Shown here: piece by piece, positions 1 through 9,120 of the stretch
How the letters are laid out: each line of letters starts with the position of its first letter
Numbering within the stretch: the first letter of the stretch is position 1
Source: Sphingomonas sp.
Lineage (GTDB): Bacteria > Pseudomonadota > Alphaproteobacteria > Sphingomonadales > Sphingomonadaceae
Direction: 5' to 3'
Length of the DNA stretch: 32,346 bases
NCBI GenBank assembly: GCA_035481255.1
Contig: DATIGZ010000372.1
Location: 1-32,346 of the forward strand
Position numbers and translations under genes: made by a program
The notes under the pieces: model-generated
Database searches by the model: none
The model's input: only the letters and a program-made list of their open reading frames with translations
Told to the model about the DNA's origin: nothing

Positions 1-56
1 CGGCCACCCACCGGCAGTATCATATGGGTGGCCGGGTGGGGGAGCGGGCTGGTGCC
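1..56. repeat. Palindromic intergenic repeat, probably truncated by the window edge
   Basis: CGGCCACCCA (1-10) pairs with TGGGTGGCCG (25-34). The tail GGGAGCGGGCTGGTGCC (40-56) matches 10902-10918 in reverse complement at 16/17 nt. Confidence 0.55.
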
Positions 57-78
57 GTTTCAGCGAAGCTGAAGCAAG

Positions 79-570
79 CTACAGCAGCCCCGCGCCGCGG
101 AAGCTCCACGCCCCGCTCGCCCCCACCACCAGATGCTCGTGCAGCCGCACGCCGAGCGCGCGCAGCGCATCGGCCAGCCGCCGGGTCGCATCGCGATCGG
201 CACGGCTGGGCAGGGCTTCACCGCGCGGATGGTTGTGCGCCATCACCACCACCGCCGCATCGAGGCTGAGCGCGTCGATCGCCACGCGCCGCACGGGCAG
301 GTTCACCGCGTCCGAGACCGCACCGCGCGCATGGCGAATCCCCAGCACCCTCCCCGCGCGGTCGCAATAGGCGAACGCCGCGACCTCAACCCTTTCCCCG
401 GCGACGCTGTCCGCGACGAGCCTTCCCGCCGCCTCGAACAGCGTGCCGGGGGATGGGAGAGACGCTTGCGACGCCATGACGTCATCGTTCCGAAATGCGC
501 CGAATCCGTCGAGCCGAACCGCCTCCGCTGCGGCGCGGCTTTGCTCCATAATGGATGAAAGACGATCCAC
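79..570 (-). CDS. RadC-like JAB/MPN domain protein (start uncertain)
   Basis: JAMM motif [15 protein letters not shown] (H-x-H-x10-D) and a C-terminal [11 protein letters not shown] typical of RadC C-terminal domains. Confidence 0.85.
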   Translation of the reverse strand: MDRLSSIMEQSRAAAEAVRLDGFGAFRNDDVMASQASLPSPGTLFEAAGRLVADSVAGERVEVAAFAYCDRAGRVLGIRHARGAVSDAVNLPVRRVAIDALSLDAAVVVMAHNHPRGEALPSRADRDATRRLADALRALGVRLHEHLVVGASGAWSFRGAGLL

Positions 571-627
571 AGCTTCGCGCCCGCCTGTGCTTGGCGGCGC
601 ACCGGCGCTCGGCTAGGCTCACCGGCG

Positions 628-1422
628 ATGCGGCAATATCTCGATCTCATGGAACGGGCATTGGCCCATGGCGCGGTGCAGATGGACCGCACCGGTGTCG
701 GCACGCGCAGCGTGTTCGGCCACCAGATGCGCTTCGATCTGAGCAAGGGCTTCCCGGTGCTCACCACCAAGAAGCTGCATCTGCGCTCGATCATCGTCGA
801 ATTGCTGTGGTTCCTGCGCGGCGACACCAACGTCAAATGGCTCAACGAGCGCAAGGTCAGCATCTGGGACGAATGGGCCGATGACAACGGCGATCTCGGC
901 CCGGTCTATGGCAAGCAATGGCGCGACTGGCAGGCGCCCGACGGCAGCCATATCGACCAGATCAAGGAGCTGATCGAGACGCTCAAGGCCAACCCCGCCT
1001 CGCGCCGGATGATCGTCTCCGCGTGGAATCCGGGCGAATTGGGCGCGATGGCGCTGGCGCCGTGCCACTGCCTGTTCCAGTGCCATGTCGCCAACGGCAA
1101 GCTCTCGCTCCAGCTCTACCAGCGCTCGGCCGACATCTTCCTCGGCGTGCCGTTCAACATCGCGAGCTACGCGCTGCTCACCCATATGCTCGCCCAGCAA
1201 TGCGACCTCGAGCCGGGCGAGTTCATCTGGACCGGCGGCGACTGCCACCTCTATTCGAACCATCTCGAGCAGGCCGAGCTTCAGCTTTCGCGCGCCCCCG
1301 GCCCGCTCCCGCGGCTGGAAATTCTGCGCAAGCCGGCCTCGATCGATGCCTATGAGTATGAGGATTTCGTCCTCCACGACTATGTGGCGCAGCCGCATAT
1401 CAAGGCCGAGGTCGCGGTCTGA
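628..1422 (+). CDS. thyA: Thymidylate synthase
   Basis: [30 protein letters not shown] (catalytic Cys), [18 protein letters not shown]; 264 aa. Confidence 0.99.
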   Translation: MRQYLDLMERALAHGAVQMDRTGVGTRSVFGHQMRFDLSKGFPVLTTKKLHLRSIIVELLWFLRGDTNVKWLNERKVSIWDEWADDNGDLGPVYGKQWRDWQAPDGSHIDQIKELIETLKANPASRRMIVSAWNPGELGAMALAPCHCLFQCHVANGKLSLQLYQRSADIFLGVPFNIASYALLTHMLAQQCDLEPGEFIWTGGDCHLYSNHLEQAELQLSRAPGPLPRLEILRKPASIDAYEYEDFVLHDYVAQPHIKAEVAV

Positions 1423-1892
1423 TCAGCTTCCATCTCGCGCGGGCCGACAATGGCGTGATCGGGGTAGACGGACGGCTGCCCTGGCGCCTTCCGGCCGACC
1501 TCAAGCGCTTCAAGGCACAGACCATGGGCAAGCCCATGATCATGGGCCGCAAGACCTTCGAGAGCTTCCCCGCCCCCCTGCCCGGCCGCCGGCATATCGT
1601 GCTGACGCGGGATGCCGCGTGGCAACGCGAGGGGGCGGAAGTCGCGACATCGATCGATGAAGCGCTGGCGCTCGCGGGCGATGGCGACATCGCGGTGATC
1701 GGCGGCGCCGAGATTTTCGCGCTACTGCTCCACCGCGCCGGGCGGATCGAGCTGACCGAGGTGCATCTGTCCCCGGAAGGCGATGCGGTGGTCCCGCCCT
1801 TCGGCCCCGAATGGCGCGAGACGGCACGCGAGGATCACCCCGCCGACGGCGACCGTCCCGCCCACAGCTTCGTCACGCTCGAACGCACCTGA
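1419..1892 (+). CDS. folA: Dihydrofolate reductase (probable CTG start at 1419; ORF track starts at GTG 1455)
   Basis: [56 protein letters not shown]; directly follows thyA. Confidence 0.97.
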   Translation: MISFHLARADNGVIGVDGRLPWRLPADLKRFKAQTMGKPMIMGRKTFESFPAPLPGRRHIVLTRDAAWQREGAEVATSIDEALALAGDGDIAVIGGAEIFALLLHRAGRIELTEVHLSPEGDAVVPPFGPEWRETAREDHPADGDRPAHSFVTLERT

Positions 1893-1898
1893 CGTAAT

Positions 1899-1977
1899 CG
1901 TCAGCCCGGCCTTGTGCCGGGGTCCATGCTGCCGCACACATTGCGTCGGTTGATACCGGCGTGAGTCCGGCAAGACG
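1899..1977. repeat. CGTC-tagged REP-like dimeric palindrome, copy 1 (right arm degenerate)
   Basis: CGTCAGCCCGGCCTTGTGCCGGGGTCCA...TGATACCGGCGTGAGTCCGGCAAGACG; homologous to 16340-16446 and 28260-28366. Confidence 0.75.
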
Positions 1978-1993
1978 GGATGGGGGAGTGGCG

Positions 1994-3163
1994 ATGAAGC
2001 GGAAATACTGGCTCTGGGCGCTCGCCCTGATCATGGTCGGCATCGCCGCCTTCTTCGCGCTCGCGCCGGGCATCGTCGAGAAGGGCATGAATAAGGTCGT
2101 CGCGACCAAGCTCCCCAACGTCACCCCCGAAACGCGGAAACTCCACGCCAGCCTGCAGATCGCCGACCTGCACGAGGACACATTGCTGTGGAAGCGCAGC
2201 CTCAACGACCGGTCGGATCGCGGACAGGTCGACCTGCCCCGGCTGATCGAGGGCAATGTCGCGCTTCAGGTCTTCTCCTCGGTCACCAAGACGCCCAAGA
2301 ACCAGAATTACGACGCCAACGGCGCCGACACCGACAACATCACCCTGCTCACCGTCGCCCAGCTCCAGCCGCCGCGCACCTGGACCTCGCTGCTCGAGCG
2401 CTCGCTGTTCCATGCGCGGAAGCTCGACCGCGCCGCCGCCTCGGACGGGAGGCTCCGCGTGATCCGCACCCCGGCCGATCTCGACGCGCTGCTTGCCGAG
2501 CGGGCGAAAGGCGGCAAGACCGTCGGCGGCCTGCTCTCGATCGAGGGGCTCCAGAACATGGAGGGCAAACCCGGCAATATCGACCGGCTCCACGCCGCCG
2601 GTTTCCGCATGGCCGGGCTCACCCATTTCTTCGACAACGAGCTCGCCGGGTCGATGCACGGCCTCGCCAAGGGCGGGCTGACCCCGCTCGGCCGCGCGAC
2701 GGTGCGCCGCATGGAGGAGCTGGGCATGGTCGTCGACATCGCGCATGCCAGCCACAAGTCGGTCGCCGAGATCCTCGCCATCGCCAAGCGCCCCGTCGTC
2801 TCCAGCCATGGCGGCGTCCAGGCGGTGTGCAAGGTCAACCGCAACCTATCCGACGCCGAGATTCGCGGCGTGGCGAAGACCGGCGGGGTGATCGGCATCG
2901 GCTATTGGGACGCGGCGATCTGCGGCACCGAGCCGGAAAAGGTCGCCGCCGCGATCGCGCATGTCCGCGACCTCGTCGGCATCGACCATGTCGGCCTCGG
3001 CTCCGACTTCGACGGCGCGGTCACCACCGGCTTCGACACCGCCCAGCTCGTCTTCGTAACGCAAGCGCTGGTCGACCGCGGCTTCACGCCCGAGGAGATT
3101 CGCAAGGTGATGGGCGGCAACGTCCTGCGCCTGCTCCGCGCGGGGATCGCCCCTGCGCAGTGA
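1994..3163 (+). CDS. Membrane dipeptidase (peptidase M19) with N-terminal membrane anchor
   Basis: ADLHED, SIEG, LTH, DIAHAS, SSHGG, RNL and GSDFDG motifs; hydrophobic N-terminus; GGGGGAG upstream of ATG 1994. Confidence 0.92.
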   Translation: MKRKYWLWALALIMVGIAAFFALAPGIVEKGMNKVVATKLPNVTPETRKLHASLQIADLHEDTLLWKRSLNDRSDRGQVDLPRLIEGNVALQVFSSVTKTPKNQNYDANGADTDNITLLTVAQLQPPRTWTSLLERSLFHARKLDRAAASDGRLRVIRTPADLDALLAERAKGGKTVGGLLSIEGLQNMEGKPGNIDRLHAAGFRMAGLTHFFDNELAGSMHGLAKGGLTPLGRATVRRMEELGMVVDIAHASHKSVAEILAIAKRPVVSSHGGVQAVCKVNRNLSDAEIRGVAKTGGVIGIGYWDAAICGTEPEKVAAAIAHVRDLVGIDHVGLGSDFDGAVTTGFDTAQLVFVTQALVDRGFTPEEIRKVMGGNVLRLLRAGIAPAQ

Positions 3164-3212
3164 GTGGCCCGGTGAGTTGGCACATACGGATGGCGTCTCT
3201 ATAGGCGCGCGC

Positions 3213-4142
3213 ATGGAGCGGCTGGACGGGGCGGCTTCGGTTCCGGCGCATCTGCGCGGCGGGATCGTTGCGCTCGGCAATTTCGACGGATTTCACTTGG
3301 GACACCAGGCTGTGGTGGGCCGCGCGGTGACGCGCGCGCGCGCCGAGGGCCGCCCGGCGATCGTCGCGACCTTCGACCCGCATCCGATGCGCTATTTCCG
3401 CCCGGATACACCGGCCTTCCGCCTCACCACGCTCGACCAGCGTCAGCGGCTGTTCGCGCGGGCCGGCGCCGACGCGATGCTCGTCTTCGGCTTCGACGCC
3501 GCGCTAGCCGGGCTGCACGCGCGCGAATTCGCGGAGCAGCGGCTGATCGGCCTGATCGGCGCGGGCGGCGTGGTCACCGGCGCCGACTTCACCTTCGGCA
3601 AGGGCCGCGACGGCGACGTCACCGTGCTCGCCGCGCTGGGCAAGGTGCTCGGCTTCAGCACCGACACGATACAACCGGTCACCGATGGCGGCGAGACCAT
3701 CTCGTCGAGCCGGATCCGCGACGCGCTTCAGGCCGGAAAGCCGCGCGAGGCCACGGCGCTGCTCACCCGCCCCTTCGCCATTCAAGGCGTGGTCGAGCCG
3801 GGCGCGAAGCTCGGGCGCGAGCTGGGCTATCCCACCGCCAACCTCCAGCTCGGCAACTATCTCCGCCCGCGCTACGGCATCTACGCGGTACGCGGGCGGC
3901 TGGCGGATGGCCGCGTGGTGGACGGCGTCGCCAATCTCGGCATCCGCCCCAGCTTCGACCCGCCGGTCGAGTTGCTCGAACCCTATTTCTTCGACTTCTC
4001 GGGCGACCTCTACGGCCAGACCATCGAGGTCGAGCTGATCGAATTCCTGCGCGACGAGGCGAAGTTCGATTCGCTCGACGCACTCAAGGCGCAGATCGCC
4101 GCCGATTGCGAGGCGGCAAAGGCCGCGCTGCGAATTAGCTAG
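3213..4142 (+). CDS. ribF: Bifunctional riboflavin kinase / FAD synthetase
   Basis: GNFDGFHLGHQ, TFDPHP, ISSSRIR, GRELGYPTAN; classic ribF-ileS-lspA order. Confidence 0.98.
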   Translation: MERLDGAASVPAHLRGGIVALGNFDGFHLGHQAVVGRAVTRARAEGRPAIVATFDPHPMRYFRPDTPAFRLTTLDQRQRLFARAGADAMLVFGFDAALAGLHAREFAEQRLIGLIGAGGVVTGADFTFGKGRDGDVTVLAALGKVLGFSTDTIQPVTDGGETISSSRIRDALQAGKPREATALLTRPFAIQGVVEPGAKLGRELGYPTANLQLGNYLRPRYGIYAVRGRLADGRVVDGVANLGIRPSFDPPVELLEPYFFDFSGDLYGQTIEVELIEFLRDEAKFDSLDALKAQIAADCEAAKAALRIS

Positions 4143-4165
4143 CCCCTCCCGGCCGCGGGAGGGGC
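4142..4165. repeat. Short GC-rich hairpin between ribF and ileS
   Basis: GCCCCTCCC-GGCCGC-GGGAGGGGC, a perfect 9-bp stem with no U tract. Confidence 0.55.
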
Positions 4166-4211
4166 ATCACGCTTTCACCTTCCCACGCTTTCCTCTAATC
4201 GGCCGAAACGC

Positions 4212-7100
4212 ATGACCGACAACACTGACTCGCAGCGCGACTGGCGCGACACCGTCTTCCTTCCGAAGACCGACTTCCCGATGAAGGCGGGCCTCGCCGC
4301 CAAGGAGCCCGCGATCCTCGAGCGCTGGGCGCGCATCGGCGTGTACGACCGGCTGCGCGAGCAGCGGAAGGGGCGCGAGCGCTTCATCCTCCACGATGGC
4401 CCGCCCTACGCCAATGGCGACCTGCACATGGGCCACGCCATGAACAAGATCCTCAAGGACATCGTGGTCCGCAGCCAGAGCCTGATGGGCAAGGACGCGC
4501 CCTATGTGCCCGGCTGGGACTGCCACGGCCTGCCGATCGAATGGAAGATCGAGGAAGCGTACCGGGCGAAGAAGCTGAACAAGGACGAGGTGCCCCCGGC
4601 CGAGTTCCGCGCCGAATGCCGCGCCTATGCCGCCAAATGGGTCGATATCCAGCGCGAGCAGTTCAAGCGGCTGGGCGTCACCGGCGACTGGGACGACCCC
4701 TATCTGACCATGAAGTTCGACGCCGAGGCGACGATCGCGGGCGAGCTGCTCAAGTTCGCGACCAGCGGCCAGCTCTATCGCGGCGCCAAGCCGGTGATGT
4801 GGTCGCCGGTCGAGAAGACCGCGCTGGCCGAGGCCGAGGTCGAATATGAGGACGTGGTGTCGACGCAGATCGACGTCGCGTTCGAGATCGTCGAGGCGCC
4901 GAACGCCCCCGAGCTGGTCGGCGCGCACGCGGTGATCTGGACGACCACGCCGTGGACGATCCCGGTGAACCAGGCGCTCGCCTATGGCGAAGACATCGAG
5001 TACTCGATCGGCAAGCTTTTTGAAGGCGAAGCTGGGGTCATTCGCCCCGGCGATCCAATGCCAATCATCAAGGAGCGCGGCCTATACATTGTAGCCAGCT
5101 CACTGGTTGAGAAGTTCGAAGAGCGTTTTGACCGGACCTTCCACGTCCAAGGCACTTTCAAAGGCTCCGATCTTGCCGGTGCCGTCGCCCGTCACCCAAT
5201 GCACCATCTCGGCGGGTTCTTCGCGAAACCCCGCCCGTTCCTGCCCGGCGACTTCGTCACTACCGACGCCGGTACCGGTCTGGTCCATATGGCGCCCGAC
5301 CATGGCGAGGACGATTTCGCGCTGTGCAAGGCGCATGGCATCGATCCGGTGTTCGCGGTCGACGGCGCGGGCATGTACCGTGCCGACTGGCTTTGGCTGG
5401 GCGGTCAGGGATCGGTGATCAACAAGAAGTTCGTCGCCAGCGACGGGCCGATCTGCACCGACCTGCGCGAAGCCGGCGCGCTGCTCGCCGCGTCGGACGA
5501 CTTCGCGCACAGCTACCCGCACTCGTGGCGCTCCAAGGCGAAGATCATCTTCCGCGCCACCCCGCAATGGTTCATCCCGATGGACCGCCCGGCGGGCACC
5601 GTTGCGCAGGCCGAGGATGAATCCGCGGCCGGGGCCGCCGATTTCGCGGGCTTCATGCCGCTGGCGCCGCATAACGCTCCGACACTGCGCGGCCTCGCGC
5701 TCGACGCGATCGAGCGCACGCGCTGGGTACCCGAACGTTCGATCAACCGCATCCGATCGATGGTCGAGGGGCGCCCGGATTGGGTGATCAGCCGCCAGCG
5801 CGCGTGGGGCGTGCCGATCCCGCTCTATGTCCATCGCCAGAGCGGCGATTACCTCCGCGACGACGCGGTCAACGCGCGCATCCTCGACGCCTTCCGTCAG
5901 GGGGGCGCCGATGCGTGGTTCGGCGCGGACCATCAGGCGCTGCTCGGCACCGACTATGACCTCGCCGATTATGAGGTGGTCAACGACATCCTCGACGTGT
6001 GGTTCGACAGCGGCTCGACCCACAGCTTCGTGATCGAGGCGCGCTACGGCGAAGGCACCCGCGCCAACCTCTATCTCGAAGGGTCGGACCAGCATCGCGG
6101 CTGGTTCCAGTCTTCCTTGCTCGAAAGCGCCGGCACGCGTGGCCGCGCGCCCTACGACGCGGTGCTGACCCACGGCTTCGCGCTCGACGGGCAGGGGCGG
6201 AAGATGTCCAAGAGCCTCGGCAACGTCGTCGATCCGCTCAAGGTGATCAACGAGAGCGGCGCCGACATTCTGCGCCTGTGGGTCGCGCAGACCGACTATT
6301 TCGACGATGTCCGTATCGGCAAGGAAGTGCTGGGCGGTACCGGCGACGCGTACCGCAAGATCCGCAACACCTTCCGCTATCTGCTCGGTGCGCTCGACGG
6401 GTTCAGCGATGCCGAGAAGGTCGGCGTGGACAAGATGCCGGAGCTGGAGCTGTACGTGCTCCACAAGCTCGGCGCGCTCGATGTCGAGCTGCGCTCGGCG
6501 GCGGAGGCGTATGAGTTCAACCGCTACGCCCGCGCGCTGTCGGATTTCATGAACGAGGACCTGTCGGCCTTCTTCTTCGATATCCGCAAGGACTGCCTGT
6601 ACTGCGATGCGGAGAGCGACCCCAAGCGCCGCGCGTACCGCACCGTGCTCGACCTGCTGTTCCACGCGCTGGTGCGCTATGCCGCGCCGATCCTCGCCTT
6701 CACCGCCGAGGAAGTGTGGCAGGCACGCTACCCGAGCGAGGACGGATCGGTGCACTTCCTCGAATGGCCCGAGCTGCCCGCGCTGCCGGGCGACGATGCG
6801 GTGTCGACCGAATGGGCCGATATCCGCGCGCTGCGCGAGAAGGTGACCGAGGCGATCGAGCCCTATCGCCGCGAGAAGACGATCCGCTCGAGCCTCGAGG
6901 CGAACGTCACCGTGCCCGAGATGCTGCGCCCGGCGGCCGAGCTTGCCGAAGTGTTCATCGTCGCCGGTGTCGCGCTGCAGGACGGCGACGTCACGGTCGC
7001 GCGCACCGACCATGAGAAATGCGGCCGCTGCTGGCGGCTGCTGCCGGAGGTTGAAGCCGAGGGCGCGCTGTGCCACCGCTGTGAGCAGGTGGCCTCATGA
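4212..7100 (+). CDS. ileS: Isoleucine--tRNA ligase (type 1)
   Basis: LHDGPPYANGDLHMGH, PGWDCHGLP, WTTTPWT, GTGLVH, DWVISRQR, EGSDQHRGWF, KMSKS, C-terminal CxxC..CxxC zinc finger. Confidence 0.99.
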   Translation: MTDNTDSQRDWRDTVFLPKTDFPMKAGLAAKEPAILERWARIGVYDRLREQRKGRERFILHDGPPYANGDLHMGHAMNKILKDIVVRSQSLMGKDAPYVPGWDCHGLPIEWKIEEAYRAKKLNKDEVPPAEFRAECRAYAAKWVDIQREQFKRLGVTGDWDDPYLTMKFDAEATIAGELLKFATSGQLYRGAKPVMWSPVEKTALAEAEVEYEDVVSTQIDVAFEIVEAPNAPELVGAHAVIWTTTPWTIPVNQALAYGEDIEYSIGKLFEGEAGVIRPGDPMPIIKERGLYIVASSLVEKFEERFDRTFHVQGTFKGSDLAGAVARHPMHHLGGFFAKPRPFLPGDFVTTDAGTGLVHMAPDHGEDDFALCKAHGIDPVFAVDGAGMYRADWLWLGGQGSVINKKFVASDGPICTDLREAGALLAASDDFAHSYPHSWRSKAKIIFRATPQWFIPMDRPAGTVAQAEDESAAGAADFAGFMPLAPHNAPTLRGLALDAIERTRWVPERSINRIRSMVEGRPDWVISRQRAWGVPIPLYVHRQSGDYLRDDAVNARILDAFRQGGADAWFGADHQALLGTDYDLADYEVVNDILDVWFDSGSTHSFVIEARYGEGTRANLYLEGSDQHRGWFQSSLLESAGTRGRAPYDAVLTHGFALDGQGRKMSKSLGNVVDPLKVINESGADILRLWVAQTDYFDDVRIGKEVLGGTGDAYRKIRNTFRYLLGALDGFSDAEKVGVDKMPELELYVLHKLGALDVELRSAAEAYEFNRYARALSDFMNEDLSAFFFDIRKDCLYCDAESDPKRRAYRTVLDLLFHALVRYAAPILAFTAEEVWQARYPSEDGSVHFLEWPELPALPGDDAVSTEWADIRALREKVTEAIEPYRREKTIRSSLEANVTVPEMLRPAAELAEVFIVAGVALQDGDVTVARTDHEKCGRCWRLLPEVEAEGALCHRCEQVAS

Positions 7101-7630
7101 ATCGCAATCGTACCCTTGGCTTCGCGCTCGCCGCGCTGATCTTTATCGCCGATCAGGCGGTGAAGGCATTCGTCGTCGAAGGACTCGGCATCGCCTATCC
7201 GGGTGCCGTCACGGAGATCCTGCCCTTTTTCGACCTGCGCTTCGTCGCCAATATCGGCGTGTCGCTGGGGCTGCTGCCCGCGGAAACCCCGTGGATGCGC
7301 TGGGGGCTGGTCGCGCTGACCGCGCTGATCGCCACGGGCGTGGGCTGGTGGATGCTACGCGAGAAGAACCGGCCCGACATGCTGGCGCTGTCGCTGGTGC
7401 TGGGCGGCGCGCTCGGCAACATCGTCGACCGCGTGCGCTTCGGCTATGTCGTCGACTATGCCGATCTGCACTTCGGCGAGTGGCGCCCTTTTTTGGTCTT
7501 CAATGTCGCCGATGCTGCGATTACCATCGGCGTCGTGATCCTGCTCATCCGGGCGCTGTTCGTGCGTGAAAAACCAAAGGCCGAAGTATCCGGTGCCGAA
7601 GCCGCCCCTGTGGAGAATGCCAATGCGTAA
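7097..7630 (+). CDS. lspA: Lipoprotein signal peptidase II
   Basis: DQAVK, NIGVSLG, GGALGNIVDR, VVDY, VFNVADAAI; ATGA overlap with ileS. Confidence 0.98.
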   Translation: MNRNRTLGFALAALIFIADQAVKAFVVEGLGIAYPGAVTEILPFFDLRFVANIGVSLGLLPAETPWMRWGLVALTALIATGVGWWMLREKNRPDMLALSLVLGGALGNIVDRVRFGYVVDYADLHFGEWRPFLVFNVADAAITIGVVILLIRALFVREKPKAEVSGAEAAPVENANA

Positions 7631-8087
7631 GTCTGTCCTCATCGCCGCCGTCGGCGGATCGGCGATGCTGCTCGTTAGCTGCGGCAGCGGCGGGATGCTC
7701 AACCGTAAGCGGCCGGACGAATTCGCCGTGGCGCGTCAGGCGCCGCTGGTGATTCCGCCCGACTTCGCGCTCCGCCCGCCCCAGCCGGGCGCGCCGCGTC
7801 CGCAGGATTCGGGCGGCCCGTCGCAGCAGGCGCTCGACGCGCTGTTCGGCGGCGCTGCACAGCGCAGCGCGTCCGAACAGGCGGCAATTCAGGCAGCGGG
7901 CGGTAACAGCGCCGCGGATGTCGGCGTACGCTCCTCGGCGGGCAGCCCCGGCACGACCGTGATCGACAAGGGCACCACCACCCGTGACATCGTCGCCGCG
8001 CCGCAGGGCGACGGCCGCGACGCGCGCACCGCGACGGGCGCCGCGCCGGCCCCCGCACCGACGCCCAGCCCGACGCCGCAGAACTGA
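7623..8087 (+). CDS. DUF3035-family lipoprotein
   Basis: Lipobox LLVSC; PDEFAV.RQAPLVIPPDFALRPP motif; usual position after lspA in alphaproteobacteria. Confidence 0.85.
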   Translation: MRKSVLIAAVGGSAMLLVSCGSGGMLNRKRPDEFAVARQAPLVIPPDFALRPPQPGAPRPQDSGGPSQQALDALFGGAAQRSASEQAAIQAAGGNSAADVGVRSSAGSPGTTVIDKGTTTRDIVAAPQGDGRDARTATGAAPAPAPTPSPTPQN

Positions 8088-8121
8088 TCTTCACCGGCCA
8101 GCGCCGGGCCGACCAAAACAG

Positions 8122-8156
8122 AAAAGGGCCGCGGAACCAGGTTCCGCGGCCCTTGC
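8122..8156. terminator. Intrinsic terminator between convergent genes (probably bidirectional)
   Basis: AAAAGGGCCGCGGAAC-CAG-GTTCCGCGGCCCTT, a long stem with a clear T tract on the minus strand. Confidence 0.85.
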
Positions 8157-8178
8157 TGTCTCTTGAAGCGGCGAACGC

Positions 8179-8907
8179 TTAGAAGGAGGCGCCCAGCGAG
8201 AAGAGCACCGCGCCGTCGGCGCCGACCGCTTCCTTGTAGCCGCCCAGACGCGGCGCATCGGTGTTGACGTAGGAAACGCCCAGCGTCAGCACCTTCCACG
8301 TCGCCTCGACACCGACCGAATAGTCGAACACGTCGCCGTCCAGACCGCCAAGGAAGCTGTCGCTCTTGGCATAGCCAAGATGGCCCTTAAGCTTGAACGG
8401 GGTCGAGGGAACCGCGACGCCGACGTCGCCCGACAGATAGACCGCGCCGGCATCGGCCAGCGAATCCTGTCCCTCAGGCGCCCATGCGACCATGCCCTTG
8501 ATCGTCGCCGGGCCGACGGTGCCGGTCAGCGCGAAATAGGGCTCGATCACGGTCGTGTCGGTCGATCCTGGATAAAGGTACAGCGTCGCGCCGACGTCGG
8601 CGGTCAGGCCCGATGCGACTTCCTTGGCGAAACCGGCGAACACGTCGATCTCGGTGCCGTTGTTGAAGCCGATGCTCGAGCCCCAGGTGCCGACATACAG
8701 GCCGCTCTCATGGGTGACGGTGAAACCGCCCTGAATCGCGGCTTCTTCGTTCGACTGCGAGAAGCCGCGGAAGCGATAGTCGCTGACCACGGTGGCGCTG
8801 CCGGTGATGGTGAACGCGTCAGGCGCCTCGGCCTCGTCCTGAGCAAAGGCGGGAGTCGCGGTGGCAGCCAGCAGCAGAGCGCCGGCGATGGCCTTGGTGA
8901 AATGCAT
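8179..8907 (-). CDS. TorF-family putative outer-membrane porin
   Basis: Signal peptide ending AFA-Q; VSDYRFRG.SQ, AIQGG, GLYVGTWGSS, EID; terminal Phe; GAAAGGGA RBS before ATG 8907. Confidence 0.85.
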   Translation of the reverse strand: MHFTKAIAGALLLAATATPAFAQDEAEAPDAFTITGSATVVSDYRFRGFSQSNEEAAIQGGFTVTHESGLYVGTWGSSIGFNNGTEIDVFAGFAKEVASGLTADVGATLYLYPGSTDTTVIEPYFALTGTVGPATIKGMVAWAPEGQDSLADAGAVYLSGDVGVAVPSTPFKLKGHLGYAKSDSFLGGLDGDVFDYSVGVEATWKVLTLGVSYVNTDAPRLGGYKEAVGADGAVLFSLGASF

Positions 8908-9032
8908 GGGATCCCTTTCGTCTTGATGCGAGTGGTCCCAACCTGCCAGCATCCGGGACGCCGCCTTTGGCTCGGGGCTTTCGCCCCGGCGCGGCTATTT
9001 CCGGTTGCTGAGAGGAATTTGCAGCATCCCGC

Positions 9033-9044
9033 TGCGCTGCACAA
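9033..9044. promoter_or_regulatory. Putative PhaR-type box upstream of the porin gene
   Basis: TGCGCTGCACAA fits TGCRNYGCASMA (alphaproteobacterial PhaR consensus, recalled rather than searched). Confidence 0.4.
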
Positions 9045-9120
9045 TCACCTTTCGATCAGGCGTGACAATTGCGCCGCCGATGTTGCGGCGGCGCAACAGC
9101 ATTGTCACAATTGAGACAGC

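Noticed and set aside
79-570. RadC/JAB gene as a marker of a mobile or anti-defence element
   Set aside because: Flanked by thyA with host-like composition and no integrase or other mobile genes in view; the left context is outside the window.
1961-1993. Upstream GTG start for the dipeptidase (likewise GTG 16441 for the GH141-like gene)
   Set aside because: These GTGs lie inside CGTC repeats; downstream ATGs have RBSs and give clean signal or anchor sequences.
5100-7076. 658-aa minus-strand ORF
   Set aside because: Antisense shadow of ileS, expected from high-GC codon bias; no recognisable motifs.
8030-8087. Pro/Ala/Thr repeat at the end of DUF3035
   Set aside because: Low-complexity protein tail, not a DNA repeat array.
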